A stretch of 64,000 nucleotides of DNA from positions 7,936,001 through 8,000,000 of the forward strand of contig CATOCA020000001.1 in NCBI GenBank assembly GCA_951406725.2, given 5' to 3'. Within the stretch, counting starts at the first letter, position 1. Each line of letters opens with the position of its first letter. A model generated the notes under the pieces. It ran no database searches, was not told the DNA's origin, and saw only the letters and a program-made list of their open reading frames with translations. This document shows positions 56,950-64,000 of the stretch, one piece after another. Source of the DNA: Octopus vulgaris. Taxonomy: Eukaryota. A program made the position numbers and the translations under genes.

Positions 56950-59899
56950 AATGCACTCACAGAAACGCATCTTGAACCCGATATAGGTGATGCAGAAATA
57001 CACATGCCGCAATATGCAGTCATACGCACAGATAGAAAAGGGAGGAGCCATGGTGGAGTTGCAATGTACATCCGAGATGACCTCACGCCCCAGGTCCTGC
57101 TGTCATATTCAAACTCAGTATGTGAAACTCAAATTGTACACATAAGACAACTGAATATCGTCATATGCACTACATATCGCCCACCAGATGCCCCAAAACA
57201 CTCAGGCATGTTTGAAGACTGCCTAACAAAAATAGAAGTCCTCACCAACCTTGAACAGCACAACAGTGTATTCTTCATGGGTGACTTTAACCTCCCCAAT
57301 GTGGGATGGCCTGTGGGGCAGATGCTCCCAGGGATGACACACCATCAGCAGGCACAGGTGGAGTCCCTGCTCCATCTCACAAATGCCTCTTTCATGGAGC
57401 AAATAGTTCTGCAACCAACAAGGGCAGATAATATACTGGATCTCTGCTTCACAAACAATATGGATATTATCCATAATGTTAATATGATGCCGACAATGAT
57501 CTCGGATCACAACATAATAGAGCTGTCTATGTATGGAACAAAAGCCCCCGTAGACACACAGCCTATACGAAGCACCCACCATCTCTCCAACTTAAACTTT
57601 CATAAAGCCAACTGGAAGTTGATTGAGAAAGAGATCCGCAAACAGGATTGGCCTGAATGTCTCTCCACACCGGACATAAACATGAAACACAAACACTTCA
57701 TGTCCATAATACAAGCCATATGTGACAAATATGTCCCAGTGTGCAGGGCTAGCACACACAAGAACAAAAACAGGATCCCTAGAGAAAGGAGGATTCTTAT
57801 GAGACGACGGACAAGAATTGCAAACCGCCTGAGCAAGCACACCAAAAGTGGTGAGAAGTCTCGGCTCGAAAGAATGCTAATGGAAACTGAGAAAAGTCTA
57901 CATCAGTCCCATGAAAAGGAGAGAGCAGATAAAGAAGCTTGGGTAATAGAAAATATAAAATCAAACCCTAAAGCTTTCTTTAAGTTTGCCAAAGAGACAG
58001 CCACAGTGCACCAGAGAATAGGACCTCTCTTCCAAAAAGATGGCTCTCTCACAGGAAATCCCACGAGGATAAGTGAAATACTGAACGAACAGTTCCAAAG
58101 TGTGTTCACTACACCTCTAGGACACAGGCAAGTAAACAACCCAGAAGAATTCTTTGCCACTTTACCTACGGCCAAAGAGACAAAAATTGAATACATCAAC
58201 ATCGAAGAGGATGATATCACACTAGCCATTGATGAGATTGTACAAACTCAGCTGCTGGACCTGATGGATTCCCAGCGATCCTTCTCAAATCGTGCAAACG
58301 AGCCCTTGCAAAACCGCTACAGCTTCTTTTTCAGAGCTTTCTTGCAAGTGGTAAGCTCCCAGTCAAATTGAAAGAGGGGGTAATATGCCCTATCTATAAG
58401 GGAGGTAGCAGAGCAGATGCTAAAAATTATAGGCCTATCTCTCTGACCTCACACATCAGCAAAGTCATGGAACGAATAGTCCGTAAGAAACTAATCATGT
58501 TCCTTGAAGAAAATGACTTGCTGTCTGACACCCAGCATGGATTTCGACCAGGTAGAGGCTGCCTAACACAGCTCCTGCAACACTATGACTGGGTGTTGAA
58601 ACAGCTACTAAATGGCTCAAATGTGGATGTAATATATCTCGACTTTGCAAAAGCCTTTGATAAAGTCGACCATGGTATGATCTGTCACAAACTGCGTGGT
58701 CTCGGCATAGGCGGGAAACTTGGAGAGTGGCTGCACAACTTCCTAAAAGACAGAAAACAGGCAGTTGTGAGCAATGGAGCCACCTCCAAGGAAACGCAAA
58801 TAACAAGCGGTGTCCCACAGGGCACTGTCTTGGGGCCACTGATGTTCATAGTGGCCCTTTCAGACATGCCTTCAGTTGCTACGATGACCACCCTTGCTAG
58901 CTATGCAGATGACACAAAAGTCTCCTCCCACGCAATACAAAACCCTGAAAATATTGCGCATCTGCAACATGAGCTGGACACAATATACAGGTGAGCTGAG
59001 GACAACAACATGCAGTTTAATGCAGGTAAGTTCCAGGCCCTGCGCTACTGGCACACAAAGGTAAATGACGTGAAGACTGGATACACTGGCCCAGGAAGAA
59101 TTGCAATCCCTGAGTCAAAATCAGTGCGTGACCTGGGCATTGACATGAGCAATGATGCATCTTTCCAAATGCATATTGCTAATCTGGTGATAAAATGCAG
59201 ACGGCTAGCTGGATGGATTCTCCGAACTTTCAGAACAAGAGAGAAGGAGACACTGATGGTCCTATGGAAAACATTCGTCCTCAGCCGCTTGGACTACTGC
59301 TCCCAACTTTGGTCACCACACAATATAAAACAAACAGCAGAACTCGAAGCAATTCAGAGAAGCTACACAAAGAAAATCGTCTCAATGCAAAATATCAGCT
59401 ACTGGGAAAGACTGAAGGTATTAAACCTCTTCTCCCTGGAGCGGAGGCGGGAGAGATATGCAGTGATATACATCTGGAAAATCCTGGAGGGTCTTGTCCC
59501 AAACTTTGGCATTCAACGTTACTCCAACCGCAGAACGGGGCGCCGCTGCGTGGTGCCAAGGATTCCAACATCACCATCAAAATACAGGTCCAGATACTGC
59601 AACAGCTTGGGTTTCAGAGGACCACAGCTCTTTAACATCCTCCCTAAATGCCTAAGAGACTTACACGATGTGGATGTGGGTTTCTTTAAAACTAAACTGG
59701 ATCTCTTCTTGTTGGGAGTCCCAGATGAACCTACCTCACGACAGGAGACGCGGATGCGGGCAGCAGCATCGAACTCCCTTGTAGATCAAGTGCCACGTAT
59801 CAGAGGTGGATTCACAAACTAGTGTAGATCATTCAGCGGTGGTGCCCCAGCATGGCTGCGGCCTTCGGGCTAAAACATTTTTAAGGATTTAAGGATTTA
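56950..59899 (+). mobile_element. CR1-like LINE: APE endonuclease + reverse transcriptase ORF2, disabled by one frameshift (~58240) and one stop (58992), 5' truncated
   Basis: EN motifs: ALTETHL, GGVAMYI, YRPP, MGDFNLP, ILDLCFT, SDHNII. RT motifs: AAGPDG, NYRPISLTS, QHGFRPGR, YLDFAKAFDKVDH, SGVPQGTVLGP, YADD. Ends with SLERRR, a short 3' UTR and an (AAGGATTT)n tail. Confidence 0.95.
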
Positions 59900-60408
59900 T
59901 GTATATATATGTATATATATATGTATGTATAATTAGCTTGCAAACCAACCATATGGTTCTAGGTTCAGTCCCACAACATGACAATTTCGACAAGTGTCTT
60001 TTGCTATAGCATCGTTTCCGACCAAAGCCTTGTGAGTGGATTTGTTAGACGGAAACCGAAAGATATATATTTAACATCTATATCTCTCTATAGATTTAAA
60101 ATTTTTATTCTTTTGTCTTTAATCTTCTGTCATCTGATTTATTCTTTTATGTTCTGTGAATACTCTGTCTGGAACTTCCTGCATACACGTTGTCACTGAC
60201 GACGGAATACCCTGAGGTCTGGAGATGCTGACCCATCACCTGTGTTATTCAGAAACTGAGATATTAACTACTTCTACTTCTCCATTTTTCATTCCACTCT
60301 AATTAAATATTCTAAATGACCCGAGATACTCGCCCTGTTTTGGTTTTCATTTATTTTCCTTTAATATGTATGTATCTCTCTTTCTATATATACATAGATA
60401 TATATATG

Positions 60409-60452
<44 letters not shown>

Positions 60453-60489
60453 TATATAAATTTATATGTCTGTATGTATATATGTATAC

Positions 60490-60523
<34 letters not shown>

Positions 60524-60529
60524 ATATCA

Positions 60530-60809
60530 CCGTGATCACCGTGACCGACCATCAGATGTTGCTACACATCGCTGGTCACAATGCTTTTGTATTGTTTTAG
60601 CCTTCGAACGACGCCACCCCGCTGGCTCAGCGAGCAGGCCAACAGAAGAAAGAGAGAGAGAAAGAGTGGTGAAAGGGTACAGCAGGAATCACCCCCCCCT
60701 GTCGGAGCTTCGTGGAGCTTTTAGGTGTTTTCGCTCAATAAACACACACAACGCCCGGTCTGGGGATCGAAGCCGCGTTCCTCCGACCGCGAGTCCGCTG
60801 CCCTAACCA
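60530..60809 (-). mobile_element. tRNA-derived SINE immediately 5' of the Penelope-like element
   Basis: The reverse complement begins TGGTTAGGGCAGCGGACTCGCGGTCGGAGG...GCTTCGATCCCCAGACC, the same head as the 11153 SINE. Confidence 0.7.
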
Positions 60810-62192
60810 CAATTCGATATTGTTGATTTTTATGCCTCTATCTCTAAAGAACTGCTACATAAAGCCCTCATCTTCGCTAGTGACTTCATAGAAATTAGTA
60901 CCAATGATAAGGACATAATCTTCCATGCTAGAAAGACATTACTTTTCAGTGAGAACGCAAAGTGGGTAAAAAACACCGACACAGAGGGCGCTTTCGATGT
61001 GAGCATGGGTTCATATGATGGGGCAGGCATCTGTGATCTAATTGGACCTTTTCTCCTAGATACCTTAGGTAAGACATTCCCTAACGTACATTTCGCCATA
61101 TACAAAGATGATGCCCTCGCCTTAACAGCTAATACAAATGGACCAGCACAAGATCGTTTTAGGAAGGATATTATCCAGTTAATGAAACACTTCGGACTTA
61201 GTATAACTATAGATACTAACCTGACCGTTGTCAATTTCTTAGACGTTTCCTTAGATCTTAATAAGAATATTTATAAGCCTTATAGGAAGCCCAATGATAG
61301 ACTAAGTTATATTAATGTAGGTTCATGCCATCCCCCTATAGTATTCAAAAATTTAGTTAAAAATATTAGTAAGAGGATTTCTAGCCACTCATCTGATGAG
61401 GACATCTTCAATAGCGTTGCCCCAGTTTATAATAAGGCTTTAAAAGATAGTGGTTTTAGCGATAAAATAAAATATACACCTATCACTAGCCCAACAGTAA
61501 GGAAAAGGAATAATAGAAATAGGAAGGTCATCTGGTTTACGCCCCCTTACTCACCCGAGGTGGCCTTCAATATAGGTAAATATTTCCTAGCACTGATATA
61601 TAGACATTTTCCAGTTAACCATACTTATAGGAAACTCTTCAATAGACACAATTTAAAAATCAGTTTTAGTTCAACTACCAATTTTAAAAACATAATCAAA
61701 CATAACATACAAAAAACACAAGAAGAAAACAGCTGTTCATGCAGGAATAAAGAATTGTGCCCGCTAAATGGAGCTTGCATGTCTAAGACCATCATATATG
61801 AAGCTACCGTAAACTCTATAACCACTCAAGACACCGTTTCGACGAAGAAATACGTGGGCCTGACAGAGGGTAATTTCAAGGCCAGGTTCGATAACCACAC
61901 TTTGAGCTTTAGGCACTGGAACAAAAAAAAAGCGACACAATTATCCAATCACATTTGGTCTTTAAGAGATAAAGGTGTCGATTATAACATACAATGGAAG
62001 ATTTTGGCCAGATGTAAGCCCTACACCAACGGCAGCGGAAGGTGCGGTCTATGCGACATGGAGAGATGGCTTATCTGGAAAAGCAGCTTAGACCCTACTA
62101 CATGTCTAAATACAAGGACAGAGCTTTTCGGATCATGCCCATATGTGACTAAATTTCTGTTACGTTTTTGGTCCCCTAAAGAAAACAGATAG
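60807..62192 (+). CDS. Penelope-like element ORF (5'-truncated RT + C-terminal GIY-YIG endonuclease); stop-free for ~460 codons
   Basis: The frame is open from QFDIVDFYASISKELL through FDVSMGSYDGAGICDLIG, YKDDAL, VNFLDVSLDL and YINVGSCHPP. It continues through linker CSCRNKELCPLNGAC to the GIY-YIG motifs IIYEATV..KYVGLTEGNFKARFDNH and CGLCDMER..LNTRTEL. Confidence 0.9.
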   Translation, partial: PQFDIVDFYASISKELLHKALIFASDFIEISTNDKDIIFHARKTLLFSENAKWVKNTDTEGAFDVSMGSYDGAGICDLIGPFLLDTLGKTFPNVHFAIYKDDALALTANTNGPAQDRFRKDIIQLMKHFGLSITIDTNLTVVNFLDVSLDLNKNIYKPYRKPNDRLSYINVGSCHPPIVFKNLVKNISKRISSHSSDEDIFNSVAPVYNKALKDSGFSDKIKYTPITSPTVRKRNNRNRKVIWFTPPYSPEVAFNIGKYFLALIYRHFPVNHTYRKLFNRHNLKISFSSTTNFKNIIKHNIQKTQEENSCSCRNKELCPLNGACMSKTIIYEATVNSITTQDTVSTKKYVGLTEGNFKARFDNHTLSFRHWNKKKATQLSNHIWSLRDKGVDYNIQWKILARCKPYTNGSGRCGLCDMERWLIWKSSLDPTTCLNTRTELFGSCPYVTKFLLRFWSPKENR

Positions 62193-62540
62193 AACATGCT
62201 TTCTATGTTATGTCCCAAGAAGAATTTATATATTTTTTATATATTTTTATATATTTTTTATATATTTTTTATGTATTTTTATGTAATTTTTATGACGAAA
62301 AATGCAAGCGATGTATAAGTACGCAGGCAAGCAGAGTTATAACAGAGTAATTTCCCTTTATTTAACGGTATTTTTTCATAACGTTTTCAAATAGCCAGAT
62401 AACCGAAGAGATGGTGTTGTGGATTTCTCAGAGTTTTATCTTGACTACCGAGTAATGTAACATATTGTATAGATAAATGTCCTCTATTTACATAATATTG
62501 AGGTCTCCTTCTTTCTTTTGTTATCTTACCCTTTTATCAA
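60807..62540 (+). mobile_element. Penelope-like retroelement (possibly Hydra clade) including 3' pseudo-LTR region ending at (TA)n
   Basis: Comprises the ORF above plus a 3' region with a broken HHR (62392-62447) and a terminus shared with 28850-28950. Confidence 0.85.
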
Positions 62541-62770
62541 TATATATATATATGAGGGAACGGCGACTTTCAAGTGGAAAAGCTCTGCAGAGCTGGAGGA
62601 GAAAAGACGACGACGGAAGGAGCGCCAACAACAACCACGTGCGACTCTCCCTTCCGGCACTAGATGTCCGCACTATGACCGATCATTTCAAGCAAGAATT
62701 GGTCTTTTCGGTCACCTGCGGACTCACCAGAAAATTTGCGCGAAGACCATCATCCTCGACCTTGAGGGGT

Positions 62771-62802
<32 letters not shown>

Positions 62803-63003
62803 GGGAGAGAGAGAGAGAGAAAGAGAGTCAGTATGGGACAATATATTAGACAAAGTTTAATAATCTTCATCAAATAAATAAAATGAAGCAGACTGGATGT
62901 TAAAATGGATGATCCTTTTATTTCATAATCCCATCCAAGACAATTGTTTCTGAGAAAAAAACAAGATATCTACAAAGAGATTGAAAGGAAAATAAAGAAA
63001 AAG

Positions 63004-63052
<49 letters not shown>

Positions 63053-63509
63053 TATTATATTATATTAAAATCTTTTAATAATTTTTGGTTAGTTTAAAAT
63101 TAAAAAAAATTGTTTACATAGAATAAAATAATAATATAAATATTAAAACATAACAAAAATTTAAAGTTTAAAAACTTGTAAATTTAAAAATTAAAATATA
63201 AAAAAAAATCTCAATATAAATTTAAAAATTTCATATTATTTGAATTTTAAATTTTATATTTTATATATATATTGTATATTATATTAATTATTTTTATTCT
63301 CATGTTTTGGTTTATGTTTTTCAGTGTTTGATTTGCCTAAGAGGGGTTTTATCTCTAATTTAATTTATATTTATATTGTGAAATTTGATTTAATCTTCAA
63401 TCTAATTTTTCCCTGTAAGTTTGGAGTCAAACTCCCTAATATTATTAATATTATTATATATATATAAATATAAATATAAATATAAATACACACACACATA
63501 TAAATATAT

Positions 63510-63573
<64 letters not shown>

Positions 63574-63751
63574 ATGTGTGTTTGTCTGTGTGCGAGGCGC
63601 AATGGACCAGTGGTTAGGGTAGCGGACTAGCGGGTTCGATTCCCAGGCCGGGCGTTGTGAGTTTATTTGTATATGAAAATGTCTGACCTGATTTTTGACT
63701 AAGAAGCCTGCAGTCGTTAATGTTAAGTCAAGTGTGACTCAGTTTCAACTT

Positions 63752-64000
<249 letters not shown>

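Overview
Non-genic, extremely AT-rich animal DNA dense in repeats. The mix of (TA)n/(CA)n/(TAA)n tracts and tRNA-, CORE- and Nin-type SINEs strongly suggests an octopus (cephalopod) genome; this is an inference. No host protein-coding exon could be supported, and the long ORFs in the track are microsatellite artefacts. Recognisable coding remnants are all retroelements: a near-complete but disabled CR1-like LINE (56950-59899) with a 3' fragment (43101-43746), a 5'-truncated Penelope-like element with RT + GIY-YIG (60807-62540), a HERO-like restriction-endonuclease LINE relic (4950-5980) and a probable Tx1/L1 3' relic. The window opens with a ~4.6 kb pyrimidine satellite of ~120-bp monomers. 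Most of 8.9-43 kb consists of multi-kb segmental duplications laid over about 12 older, diverged copies of a non-coding module. The most striking signal is a population of short, (TA)n-flanked, often fold-back elements carrying minimal type I hammerhead ribozyme (HHR) motifs. One apparently intact HHR sits in a ~930-bp palindrome (7951-8883), and several decayed or partial copies occur elsewhere, including at the 3' end of the Penelope-like element. All calls are by eye and coordinates are approximate.
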